Shown here one piece after another: positions 8,862 through 17,956 of a stretch of DNA of 64,000 bases; position 1 is the first letter of the stretch, and each line of letters opens with the position of its first letter. The stretch lies in contig PXRE01000026.1 in assembly GCA_003021085.1 (NCBI GenBank), positions 132,669-196,668 of the forward strand, read 5' to 3'. The position numbers were made by a program, and so were the translations under genes. The notes under the pieces were generated by a model. It worked only from the letters and a program-made list of their open reading frames with translations. It did no database searches and was not told the DNA's origin. The DNA comes from Halobacteriales archaeon QS_1_68_20. GTDB taxonomy: Archaea; Halobacteriota; Halobacteria; Halobacteriales; PXRE01.

Positions 8862-8974
8862 CCCGACTCCGCTGGTTTCAGCGTCCCGCCCACGACGCGT
8901 CGGCGCTGGAGGAGGGCCGACTGATCGGCTACGGCGAGGACGCGTACGAGACCGTCCGCGAGGCGGTCCGGAAG

Positions 8975-9148
8975 CTACGTCGATGGGCGCATCTCGAAGG
9001 CTTCCCGCTCGACGACCTCGTCGGAGCCACAGTTGGAACAGGCGTCGACCTGTTCGTCGTACTCCGCCCCGCAGTTCGCGCACTCGAACCTGACTCTCGT
9101 CTCGGTCTGCGGGATCAACGCGTCCTTGGGTTTGTCTAGCAGGGCCAT
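8975..9148 (-). CDS. Small zinc-ribbon protein (57 aa, below the ORF-track cutoff)
   Basis: My manual translation gives MALLDKPKDALIPQTETRVRFECANCGAEYDEQVDACSNCGSDEVVEREAFEMRPST. It has two CxxC pairs, an ATG start and a TAG stop. Confidence 0.6.
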   Translation of the reverse strand: MALLDKPKDALIPQTETRVRFECANCGAEYDEQVDACSNCGSDEVVEREAFEMRPST

Positions 9149-9279
9149 CGGTCGTCGCTACGTGCCGGACGTGGATAAGACGTTCTCCGGTCTGGATGGC
9201 GTCGATCCGACTGCCGTCGAGTCCCGTGGGCGCGGCCGGAACGGACACTTTCATTACGGATCGGTTAGCCCCTCAACCA

Positions 9280-9856
9280 ATGGCGTCCCAGCGGCTCACG
9301 CTGTACGACATCGTCGTCGACCTCCTCCCCGGTGTGACTGCCATCCTGCTGTTCGCGCTGTTGCTTCCCGCTTCTTGGGTCAGAGGACTCCTCGGGAAGT
9401 TTCCGCTCGGATCGGCACTGGTCGTCCTGGCGCTGGGGTACGTCGTGGGGCGGTTGATCCACGCGATGGCGGCGCGGCCGGCGACGAAGAATCGAGTGCT
9501 CGGCGGGTTCGACCGGGGAATCTCGGAACGGATCGCGGAGGACCCAACGAAAAATCGACAGAGCGGTCGATCCGGGGGACCGGAACCTCTGGTTCACTAC
9601 CTTCGCAGCAGCCACCGTATACCTCTTGGCCTTGTCAGGTTACGTCGTCCTGAACGCGCTGGTGGAGATTGACGTTCCCTACGACCCGTTCTGGTTCCTG
9701 GTCTTCGATAGTCCGTTGACAGCCGGGATCGCAACCGCACTACTGATAGTGTTCCTCCTGTTCGTCTCGGCGATCGCCGGCGCGCGCCGTCTCGAATTCA
9801 ACCACCGCAAGACCCGGACGTCCGTCGACGACCTCCACCAGACGCTGTCCGATTAG
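9280..9856 (+). pseudogene. Membrane protein split by a +1 frameshift
   Basis: Frame 1 (MASQRLTLYDIVVDLLPGVTAILLF...) and frame 2 (...DRNLWFTTFAAATVYLLALSGYVVLNALVEID...) are both open across 9458-9672. The sensible join is at the A5 run near 9550-9555 (AEDPTK / KIDRAVDPGDRNLW). Confidence 0.5.
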
Positions 9857-9857
9857 T

Positions 9858-10835
9858 TCACTCGTGGCCGGACACCGGAACGGGTTCGTACGGTTCCTCC
9901 AGCCACTCGACGTCGGAGTCGTCGAGGTCCAGTTCCACCGCCTCCACGGCTTCCTCTAGGTGCTCGACGCTGGTCGTCCCCACGATCGGCGCGTCGACGG
10001 CGTCCTGTTCCAGGAGCCAGGCCAGGGCGATCTGGGCCATCGAGGCGTCGTACTCCTCTGCCAGCTCCTCCACGCGCTCGTTGATCTCTTCGCCGCCGCC
10101 CTCGGCGTAGGGATGCTCGTGCGCGTAGGTATCCGTCTCGCCACGGGTTGTCGACCGGAACTCCTCGTGGGGCCGCGCGAGGTAGCCCCGGGCCAGCGGA
10201 CTCCACGGCATCACGCCGATGCCTCCGCGCTCGCACAGCGGGAGCATCTCGCGTTCCTCCTCGCGGTAGACGAGGTTGTAGTGGTTCTGCATCGTCTGGA
10301 ACCGCTCCAGGCCCAGGCGGTCGCTGGTGTGGAGTGCCTCCGCGAACTGGTAGGCCCACATCGAGGACCCGCCGACGTATCTCGCCCGTCCCCGTCGCAC
10401 GGCGTCGTCCAGCGCCCGCAGGGTCTCCTCGATTGGCGTCTCGCCGTCCCAGCGGTGGATCTGGTAGAGGTCGACCGTCTCCATCCCCAGGCGGTCCAGG
10501 GAGTTCGCCAGTTCCTGCTCGATGGCCTTCCGCGAGAGGCCACCGGAGTTGGGGTTGTCCTCGTCCATCTGGAAGTAGCACTTCGTGGCGACGACCTGGC
10601 GGTCGCGGTCGTACTCCGCCAGTACGTCCCCGAGGACGCGCTCGCTCTCGCCGTTGGAGTACATGTTGGCGGTGTCGAAGAAGTCGATCCCCAGGTCGAT
10701 GGCGCGCTCGACCAGTTCCCGGCCCTCCTCCTCGTCCAGCACCCACTCGCGCCAGTCGCTGGTGCCGAAGCTCATACAGCCGAGACAGATGCGGCTGACG
10801 GTCGTGCCCGTACTGCCGAGGGTGGTGTACTCCAT
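9858..10835 (-). CDS. Aldo/keto reductase
   Basis: MEYTTLGSTGTTVSRICLGCMSFG ... GIDFFDTANMYSNGESERVLG is a typical AKR N-terminus. The ATG at 10835 is preferred over the TTG at 10862. Confidence 0.9.
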   Translation of the reverse strand: MEYTTLGSTGTTVSRICLGCMSFGTSDWREWVLDEEEGRELVERAIDLGIDFFDTANMYSNGESERVLGDVLAEYDRDRQVVATKCYFQMDEDNPNSGGLSRKAIEQELANSLDRLGMETVDLYQIHRWDGETPIEETLRALDDAVRRGRARYVGGSSMWAYQFAEALHTSDRLGLERFQTMQNHYNLVYREEEREMLPLCERGGIGVMPWSPLARGYLARPHEEFRSTTRGETDTYAHEHPYAEGGGEEINERVEELAEEYDASMAQIALAWLLEQDAVDAPIVGTTSVEHLEEAVEAVELDLDDSDVEWLEEPYEPVPVSGHE

Positions 10836-10922
10836 GGGCCGGTCGAAGGTGCGGACCGGCAAAAAGCTAGTCGCAGCGGCGAACCGCGACCCTTGCCGGC
10901 CGCGCCGGCGCCCGTTCGCCGC

Positions 10923-12380
10923 TCACTCCCGGCCGCGCCGGCGCACGTACCGCCACGCGCCCAGCGAGAGGCCGGCCAGCGCGGCCAGGGGACCGAAGCC
11001 CGGGCCGGACTCGTCGTCCGTCGGCGTCGGACTGCTCGTCGGCGTCGGAGTCGGTTCGGGCGTGGGGGTCGACTCGGGCGTCGGTTCCGGCGTCGGGGTC
11101 GGCTCCGGCGTGGGCGTCGGGGTCGGTTCCAGCGGCGGCATCCCTTCCTGGGTCCCCGGTTCGTCCGGGAACGTCATCACGGAGGCCTGTCCGCCGATGG
11201 GCACTGCGGAGTCCGTGGCGACAAAGTACTCACCCGGTTCGACGACCTGGGCAGTCCAGAAGCTCTTCTCCTCGGGGTTCCGCCAGTGGGCCAGCAGTTC
11301 GGGGTTCGCGGGGTCGCTCACGTCGTGGACCTTGACGCCGTCCTGGTACCACGAGGAGTACAGGCGGTCGCCGCGAATCTCGAAGTTGTGTGAGGTGGTC
11401 CAGGTGCCCGAGCCCTGGGTGGCGTCGTCCACGTCGGTCGCTTCGATGGTCGAGAGTTTCTGCGGCGAGGACGGGTCGCTGAGGTCCCAGAGGTCGATCC
11501 CTCCCGGACCGCCCTCGTCGGTGAGGTAGTTGACCTCCCAGGCCTCCGCGCCGACGGCGAAGAGGTCCCCGGTATCGTCGACGGCGGTGTAGTGGGCGTT
11601 GCCCGGCGGTTCCGTCCGCTCTTTGTCGGCCTCGTCGAGGACCAACTCCGCCAGTTCCTCGCGGGAGTGGTCCCCGAAGTGGGTCACGTACTCGGGGTTC
11701 GCTGGATCCGAGACGTCGAGAATCCAGGACCCGGCGTCCCAGTACGCCAGGTAGGCGAGACCGTCCTGGACGTAGAGGTCGTGGAGGGTGTACAGGTCGG
11801 AGTCGACGTCCTGCCAGGCCTCGTCGTGGTGCAGTAGCGACCACCGCGCCACGTGCTCCGGGTCGCCCCCGGAGACGTCCCAGATCATCACCGGGTTGCC
11901 GCGAGCGCTGTTGTTGGTCAGGTACACGTAATCGCCGTCGACGAACGCGTTGTGGATCGCGTGTTCGGTCTCCTGGACGGCGACCTGCTGGGGGTCGGCG
12001 GGGTCGCTTACGTCGTACACCACGAACGCGTACACGACGTTCTGGAGTTGGTTGGCCGGCCCCGCGACCACGAGCGTGTCGCCGTCGACCTTCACGTCGA
12101 AAATCTCCCGGAGGGGACCGCCCTCGACGTCCTCCAGCAGGCGCCGGCGGTCGGCCAGCACCTGCGGGTCGGCGGGGTCGGTGACGTCCACGGTGGCGAA
12201 CCCGGTCGTCGCCGCCACGTACGCCACCTCTCGGTCGTCCCCGAGGACGAGTTCCCTGGCACCTTCGAGTTCGACTTCCACGATCGGTCCGTACCCGTTC
12301 CCCGTCCCGGTCGTCACTGCGGCAGCGCCCCCGGCAGCCGCCACGGCGACGCCGGTTTGCAGGAACCGTCTGCGTCGCAT
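10923..12380 (-). CDS. Secreted LVIVD-repeat beta-propeller protein with Thr/Pro linker and PGF-CTERM anchor
   Basis: Tat signal MRRRRFLQTGVAVAAAGG. Repeated ...DVSDPANP... motifs. C-terminal PTPTPEPTPTPEPTPESTPTPEPTPTPT linker followed by GPGFGPLAALAGLSLGAWRYVRRRGRE, a PGF-CTERM archaeosortase signal. Confidence 0.85.
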   Translation of the reverse strand: MRRRRFLQTGVAVAAAGGAAAVTTGTGNGYGPIVEVELEGARELVLGDDREVAYVAATTGFATVDVTDPADPQVLADRRRLLEDVEGGPLREIFDVKVDGDTLVVAGPANQLQNVVYAFVVYDVSDPADPQQVAVQETEHAIHNAFVDGDYVYLTNNSARGNPVMIWDVSGGDPEHVARWSLLHHDEAWQDVDSDLYTLHDLYVQDGLAYLAYWDAGSWILDVSDPANPEYVTHFGDHSREELAELVLDEADKERTEPPGNAHYTAVDDTGDLFAVGAEAWEVNYLTDEGGPGGIDLWDLSDPSSPQKLSTIEATDVDDATQGSGTWTTSHNFEIRGDRLYSSWYQDGVKVHDVSDPANPELLAHWRNPEEKSFWTAQVVEPGEYFVATDSAVPIGGQASVMTFPDEPGTQEGMPPLEPTPTPTPEPTPTPEPTPESTPTPEPTPTPTSSPTPTDDESGPGFGPLAALAGLSLGAWRYVRRRGRE

Positions 12381-12414
12381 GGCCGACCGTTCGAGGGTCG
12401 AACGATAAATCCTG

Positions 12415-13461
12415 TTATACGTCGACACGCCGGGTCGCCGCCCGGAGACCCGCGACGGCGACCGCGGCGAGCACGACTGCGCCCGCCAGCGACGCGTAGG
12501 TCCCCGGGCCGGGGGTGCCGACCGCGAACCGCGCGACCACGTTCGGCGGGTTCTCGGGGAGCAACAGCGTCGCGCCGAACAGCACGAGCAGGCCCGAAGA
12601 GTACAGGAACTGCGCCAGTCGACGGTCCCGGAGGACGACGGCGACGCCCAGGCCCACGGCCGCGACGGCGGTCGCCAGCGCCGTCACGAACGCGAGCAAC
12701 TCGGGGACGTTGGCGACTTCGGTGCCGTTGAACCGCAACAGTGCGATCCACAGCGCTGCTTGGGCGGGCACGGGCAGGGCCGCCGCCAGCAACTTCCCGT
12801 CGACGATGGCCGACAGCGAGGTGGGCGACACCCGGAGGAGTTCGAGGGTGCCCCGCTCTATCTCCTCGGCCAGCGAGTCGACCGCCACCGACCCGCCGAT
12901 GAACACCGGCAGGAACAGCAACAGCGGCAGTAACACCGTGTACGTGAACCCGAAGTACGGGGTCGAATCGACCGTGTCCGGGAGCGGCACCGGCGTCCGC
13001 TCCAGGTGGGTCGACCGCTGGTCCCGCAGCGTCGTCTCGTACTCCTGGAGCAGGTCCCGCAACTCGACGACCACCATCGTCGTCCGGAACGACCCGTCCG
13101 GTGCCGTCACGTTCGCCTGGATGCGGCCGTCGTCTAACCGCTCGGTGAGGACGACGGTGTCGACGTCCCCGCGTTCGAACGCCTCCATCGCCGCTTCCCG
13201 GGTGTCGAACGGCTCTGCGGAGACGCCGTCGTCGTCCTGTGCCGCGGTCCGGAGTAACTCGGTCTCGTCGCCCGCGACGCCGACGTCCACGTCGTTGCCG
13301 CCCACCGACCCGGGATCGTACATCGACACGAGGCCGACCACCAGGAACGACGCGAACGCGGCGACGAACAGCTGGATGAGAAGCGCCAGCACGATGGTTT
13401 TCTCCTTGCGGAGCGACGCCAGTTCCCGCCGCGCGACGACGCGTCTGGGGCTACGCCACAA
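12415..13461 (-). CDS. ABC-2 type transporter permease
   Basis: N-terminal RRELASLRKEKTIVLALLIQLF, a large extracytoplasmic loop, then five C-terminal helices. The start is uncertain: a TTG at 13461 overlaps the upstream stop by 11 nt, and a GTG lies at 13539. Confidence 0.7.
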   Translation of the reverse strand: MWRSPRRVVARRELASLRKEKTIVLALLIQLFVAAFASFLVVGLVSMYDPGSVGGNDVDVGVAGDETELLRTAAQDDDGVSAEPFDTREAAMEAFERGDVDTVVLTERLDDGRIQANVTAPDGSFRTTMVVVELRDLLQEYETTLRDQRSTHLERTPVPLPDTVDSTPYFGFTYTVLLPLLLFLPVFIGGSVAVDSLAEEIERGTLELLRVSPTSLSAIVDGKLLAAALPVPAQAALWIALLRFNGTEVANVPELLAFVTALATAVAAVGLGVAVVLRDRRLAQFLYSSGLLVLFGATLLLPENPPNVVARFAVGTPGPGTYASLAGAVVLAAVAVAGLRAATRRVDV

Positions 13462-15238
13462 GGCTGACCACCACCAGGTTGTAGGTCGCGTGCAGTGCGA
13501 CCGCCGCCAGGTAGGTCGCCAGGTACCGCCGGGCCCCACGACTCGCGCCGACGGCGGTCGTCCCCGCCGTCACGACGTGGAGCGCCAGCGGCGCGAACAG
13601 CAACAGGACCGCCAGGCCCGCGTCCCCGGGGCCGGAGACGGTCGTGAACGCCGCCTCCCCGAGCGGGAGTTCCGGCAACTGGACGAGTCTGGCGATGGCG
13701 GTCAGTTTCTCGCCGAGGAAGAAGCCCAGGCCGCTTGCCGCGCCGACCGCCACCGCCGCGCCCGCGGACCGCTGGAACCGCTCGTGGACGTACCCCGCGT
13801 AGACGTGGACGCTCTTGGCGAGTTCCTCCACGGCCGCGATGGCGACCAGCAACAGGGGGATGGTCACCTCCAGCGGGAGCGCGTACAAAAGCGCGATCAA
13901 CAGCAGTTCCCCGACGAAGACGAACGGGATGAGCGCGGCGGTCACCGCGGCCACGCCCTTCGCCGAGCGGATGCGACTGGCGAAGGCGTCCAGCGCCTTC
14001 AGGTGGACCGGCCGCTGGGTGAACATGTCCTCCTCGCGGTAGACGCCGACGCCGAGCAGGAACAGCACCACGGCCGAGAGGTACAGCGGCAGGGTCGCGA
14101 ACAGGTACGCGCCGGGTGCGACGGCCTCGCCCAGCAGGTCCCTGACAACGACCGACAGCGGCGAGATGAGCGCGATGGGCGTCACCTCGGTGAACACCGC
14201 GGGCACGAACAGGAAGGCGGTCAGGCCGACGCTGATGGTCACCGTGAGGAAAGTCAACTCCTTGTAGGACCGTGCGAACATCGCCGCGACGAACGTCGAA
14301 GCGAGGAAGACCAGCGCGATGGGCACGACGGCGGCGATGGAGAGGGGGCCGCCCCCGACCCAGACCGCGGTGGCGACGGCGATGGCGATCATCACCGCGA
14401 AGTACGGGAGCGTCTTCCCGGCGACGATCTCCCCCGGGGACGCCGGTGAGACCAGCAGCAGTTCCCCCCTCCGGTCGATGCGCTCCCGGAGGACCGACGC
14501 GCCGTAGGCCTGGACGACGAAGTTCATCGGCACCACGAACAGGAACGCCAGCACGAGCGCACCGAACGGGAACGGCGGTTGGATGTCCCCGGGCGACCCT
14601 GACTGCCCGGAAGAGAACAGCGGTTGTCCCCCGACGTTCGGGAGCGACGAATCGCCCGTGCCGCCGGACGAGTCGCCGCCGGTTCCGCCCGGCGCCGTCG
14701 TGTCGCCGGACTGGCCACCGTCCGCCGGTCCGCCGTCGTCACCGCCGCTGGACGAGTCGCCGCCCCCGCCACCCACGTCGGCGGTCGTCTCGCCGTCGCG
14801 GGTCTCGTACACCAGGTTCACCTCGACGGGGAACGCGGCCGACTGGTTCGGTTCGCCGGCCAGCGTCCGGTCGTTGTACCGCAGGACGGTCGTCCGGAGT
14901 TCCGCGAGCGCGGCCCGGCCCTTGCGGTCGTTCCGGACGTGGATCGTCCCGCCGGAGATCAGCAGGTCGAGGTCGCCGGACTCGAACGCCGCCCGGTCTG
15001 GCTCCTCCACCACGAACGTCGGGTCGTCGCTGACCGGGCCGTGGAACGGGGTGTCCGGCGAGACGCCGACCCGGTAGAGGCCGGCGTCGTGGGTCACGTC
15101 GCCCCCGGCGACGGCCCCGCCGATGGCCCCCGCGACCACCAGCGCGAGGACCCCGGCCACGATCCGTCGCCTGTCGAGGGCCCCGGCCCCCTTCAGGACC
15201 TCCCAGCGGGCGATCCGCAGGACGGTGCTGGGGTTCAC
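13451..15238 (-). CDS. ABC-2 permease fused to a C-terminal PrsW-like intramembrane protease domain
   Basis: 595 aa. N-terminal LRIARWEVLK and ABC-2-like helices. Internal Gly/Asp/Ser-rich tract. The C-terminal helices carry AAVEELAKS (EExxK) and ALHATYN (HxxxN), motifs typical of PrsW-type proteases. It overlaps the ATPase gene by 4 nt. Confidence 0.8.
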   Translation of the reverse strand: MNPSTVLRIARWEVLKGAGALDRRRIVAGVLALVVAGAIGGAVAGGDVTHDAGLYRVGVSPDTPFHGPVSDDPTFVVEEPDRAAFESGDLDLLISGGTIHVRNDRKGRAALAELRTTVLRYNDRTLAGEPNQSAAFPVEVNLVYETRDGETTADVGGGGGDSSSGGDDGGPADGGQSGDTTAPGGTGGDSSGGTGDSSLPNVGGQPLFSSGQSGSPGDIQPPFPFGALVLAFLFVVPMNFVVQAYGASVLRERIDRRGELLLVSPASPGEIVAGKTLPYFAVMIAIAVATAVWVGGGPLSIAAVVPIALVFLASTFVAAMFARSYKELTFLTVTISVGLTAFLFVPAVFTEVTPIALISPLSVVVRDLLGEAVAPGAYLFATLPLYLSAVVLFLLGVGVYREEDMFTQRPVHLKALDAFASRIRSAKGVAAVTAALIPFVFVGELLLIALLYALPLEVTIPLLLVAIAAVEELAKSVHVYAGYVHERFQRSAGAAVAVGAASGLGFFLGEKLTAIARLVQLPELPLGEAAFTTVSGPGDAGLAVLLLFAPLALHVVTAGTTAVGASRGARRYLATYLAAVALHATYNLVVVSLVA

Positions 15239-16110
15239 GCTTCGCTGTCCTCCGCGGCGACGTCGAGGAAGATGTCCTCCAGGCTCGGTTCCACGGTCCG
15301 GATGTCCAGCACCTCGCCGTTCCGCTCTGTCGCTTGTTCGCGGACGGCCTCGACGCCGTCGAGGTCCTCGACGACCGTCCGGTAGCGCCCGTCGACCGCG
15401 ACGCTGTCCGAGACGGCGACGGAGGTGTACACCCGGTACTCGGTGGTGCCGTGGGTGTCCTGGATCTCTTCGACGGTCCCGCGGGCGACGACGTCCCCGC
15501 GATCCATGATGACCACCCGGTCGCAGACGTCCTCGACGTGGTAGAGGTTGTGCGCGGAGAACAGGACGGTCTTGCCTTCCGCGGCCAGTTCCCGGACGAA
15601 CTCCAGGACGTAGTTGGTCGTGACGGGGTCCAGGCCGCTGGCCGGTTCGTCGTAGATGAGCACGTCGGGATCGTTGACCAGCGACCGCGCGATGGCGACC
15701 TTCCGGGTCATCCCCTTCGAGAGGTCACCGATGGGGCGGTTCCGGACGTCCAGTTCGAGCTCGTCCAGGGACTCGTGGATGCGCCGGCCCGCCACCTCGC
15801 GGTCGACGCCGTAGAGGTCCGCGAAGAATCGCAGGTACGACAGCGGCGTCATCTCCTCGTACAGCGGCGACTCCTCCGGGAGGAAGCCCAGGTTCCGGCG
15901 CATCTCCGGGTCGGAGACGTCGTGGCCGGCGACCGTCGCCGTGCCGCGGGTCGGTTCCACGAGTCCGGCGAGCATCTTCAGCGTCGTGGTCTTGCCGGCG
16001 CCGTTCGGCCCGACGATGCCGAACACCTCGCCGGCGTCGACCGAGAACGTGCTCCCCGCGACGGCGACGACGCCGCGGTACTCCTTGCGGAGGTCCTCGA
16101 CTGTTATCAT
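15235..16110 (-). CDS. ABC transporter ATP-binding protein
   Basis: Walker A GPNGAGKTTTLKM, signature LSKGMTRKV, Walker B VLIYDEPASGLD. Confidence 0.93.
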   Translation of the reverse strand: MITVEDLRKEYRGVVAVAGSTFSVDAGEVFGIVGPNGAGKTTTLKMLAGLVEPTRGTATVAGHDVSDPEMRRNLGFLPEESPLYEEMTPLSYLRFFADLYGVDREVAGRRIHESLDELELDVRNRPIGDLSKGMTRKVAIARSLVNDPDVLIYDEPASGLDPVTTNYVLEFVRELAAEGKTVLFSAHNLYHVEDVCDRVVIMDRGDVVARGTVEEIQDTHGTTEYRVYTSVAVSDSVAVDGRYRTVVEDLDGVEAVREQATERNGEVLDIRTVEPSLEDIFLDVAAEDSEA

Positions 16111-16164
16111 TCGGCTGACGAGGGCGACGGAGCGGTTGCAGTTAAATCCAGTTGCCGCGGCCGG

Positions 16165-17709
16165 TCACCGGCCGCCGTCGGCGGCCATCTCGGCGGTCTC
16201 CTCGGCGGGCACGTCGTCGGCCATCGTCCGGAGACTCGACCAGAGGTGTTCCGCGCGTTCGGTGAGTTGCTGGCCCTGTTCGGAGACCTCCGACAGCGTG
16301 GCGGCCTGCTGTTCGGCCGCCGCGGCGACCGATTCGGCCTCCTCGGCGGTCTGGGCGTTGGTCGTCGAGATCTCCTGGACCATCGAGACCACCGACTGGA
16401 CCGACCGGGCCTGCTCGGCGGTGGCGTCGCTGATGTTCTGGATCCCGCCGTCGATGTCCTCAACGTAGTTGGCGATCTCCTCCAGGGCGTCGATGGCTTC
16501 CTCGGTGGTGTCGGCGCCCTTGAGGACCTGCTGGCGGGCGTCCTGAATGTCCTCGACCGCGTGGCCGGTGCGCGACTGGACGCCCTCGATGCGCTGTTCG
16601 ATCTCCTCAGCGGCCTGGCGGGTCTCCTCGGCGAGGTCCTTGACCTCGTCGGCGACGACCGCGAAGCCTTCGCCGGCCTCGCCGGCGCGGGCGGCCTCGA
16701 TGGAGGCGTTCAGCGCGAGGATGTTGGTCTGCTCGGCGATCTCGGAGATGAACTCCGTGATCTCGCCGATCTCGGTCATCTCGGCCTCCAGGGCCTCGAT
16801 CTCGGATGCGGTCTCCTCGATGCGGGTGACGACCTGCTGGGCCTGGTCGGCGGCGGCCTCCGCGGCGTGACTGCCGGCCTCGCCGGCCTGGGCGGCCCGT
16901 TCGGACTGGCTCGCGAGGTCGTCGGTGGAGGAGGCGACCTCCTCGGCGGTCGCCGAGAGGTTCTCGACCTCCGCGGAGATCTCCTCCAGCATCTCCCGCT
17001 GGCGGACCGTCCCCTCGGCGATCTCCTGGACGGAGTCGCTGATCGACTCGCTGGCCCGGCCCACCTCGTCGGTGTTCTCCTTGAACCGGGTCGTGTCGGT
17101 CGCCATCGTCCGCGCGTTCTCGATGGCGTCACCGAGCCGGGCTTCGAGGTCGGACAGCGACTCGTTGATGTCCTCGCCGATGGCCCGGAGCATCTCGCTC
17201 TCGGCCTCGGGATCGACGCGAGCGGAGAAGTCGCCCTCCGCGGCCGCGGCCAGCGCCTCGCAGTACTCGGGGACCTTCGTCTCCAGTTCTTCCTCCTGGC
17301 GCCGGACCTGCTCTCGCAACTGCTCGACCTCGCTGCGGGCCGCCTGGCGTTCGTCGTCCAGTTCGCGCATCCGGTCGCGGACGTCCGCGAGCGCGTCCGC
17401 CATCTCGTCGTCACCGTCGATGTCGACGTCGTGGTCGCCCGCCGCGAGACGGTCGGCGGCCTCCGCCAGCGAGTCCAGGGAGGTCGTCACCTGGGTCATC
17501 ACGACGGCGCCCACGGCCGCGACGGCCACCAGCGACGCGCCAGTGGTGACGAGCACGCCGACCGTACCGCCGAGGACGAACCCGCCGACGGCACCCGCGA
17601 CGACGAGGATCACGGCGCCAGCCAGCGTCGCGCCGATCAGCCCCTCAATGCCGTCACCGATGGCGTCCCACGGATCGTCGTCCGACCCGTCTTCGGTTCC
17701 GATATCCAT
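16165..17709 (-). CDS. Methyl-accepting chemotaxis transducer (Htr/MCP)
   Basis: Two N-terminal TM helices, a HAMP-like region and the highly conserved signalling hairpin EIAEQTNILALNASIEAARAGEAGEGFAVVADEVKDLAEET. The ATG at 17709 (MDIGTED) is preferred over the ORF-track start. Confidence 0.9.
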   Translation of the reverse strand: MDIGTEDGSDDDPWDAIGDGIEGLIGATLAGAVILVVAGAVGGFVLGGTVGVLVTTGASLVAVAAVGAVVMTQVTTSLDSLAEAADRLAAGDHDVDIDGDDEMADALADVRDRMRELDDERQAARSEVEQLREQVRRQEEELETKVPEYCEALAAAAEGDFSARVDPEAESEMLRAIGEDINESLSDLEARLGDAIENARTMATDTTRFKENTDEVGRASESISDSVQEIAEGTVRQREMLEEISAEVENLSATAEEVASSTDDLASQSERAAQAGEAGSHAAEAAADQAQQVVTRIEETASEIEALEAEMTEIGEITEFISEIAEQTNILALNASIEAARAGEAGEGFAVVADEVKDLAEETRQAAEEIEQRIEGVQSRTGHAVEDIQDARQQVLKGADTTEEAIDALEEIANYVEDIDGGIQNISDATAEQARSVQSVVSMVQEISTTNAQTAEEAESVAAAAEQQAATLSEVSEQGQQLTERAEHLWSSLRTMADDVPAEETAEMAADGGR

Positions 17710-17956
17710 ACGATAATAGGCGGAACAGACGGTGGTAAGCGTTTTGGCTGACAGTTCCCGAAAAATAGCACCTTCGACGCTCAGGCGACCCCGGTCAGGC
17801 CCCCGGGTCGGCCCCGGTCGTCGTGCCAAATTCGGCGACGGCGTACAGCACCCGTCCCACCAACAGGAGGACAACACCGCCAGCGACGACGTTCGCGGAC
17901 GAGCAGGCGTCTACGCTACGGCACGAACGGCAGTAGGAGAACGGGGTCGGGGCGGT

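Noticed and set aside
8850-9254. 134-aa minus-strand ORF and 198-aa plus-strand ORF (8543-9139)
   Set aside because: Their composition is Arg/Gly/Pro-rich. The region is better explained by the 3' end of 7992-8861 and the small zinc-ribbon gene at 8975-9148.
15334-17751. 805-aa plus-strand ORF
   Set aside because: It is antisense to the ABC ATPase and the MCP transducer, both of which have unambiguous motifs. Its composition (Leu/Gly/Asp/Arg-rich) mirrors the real genes.
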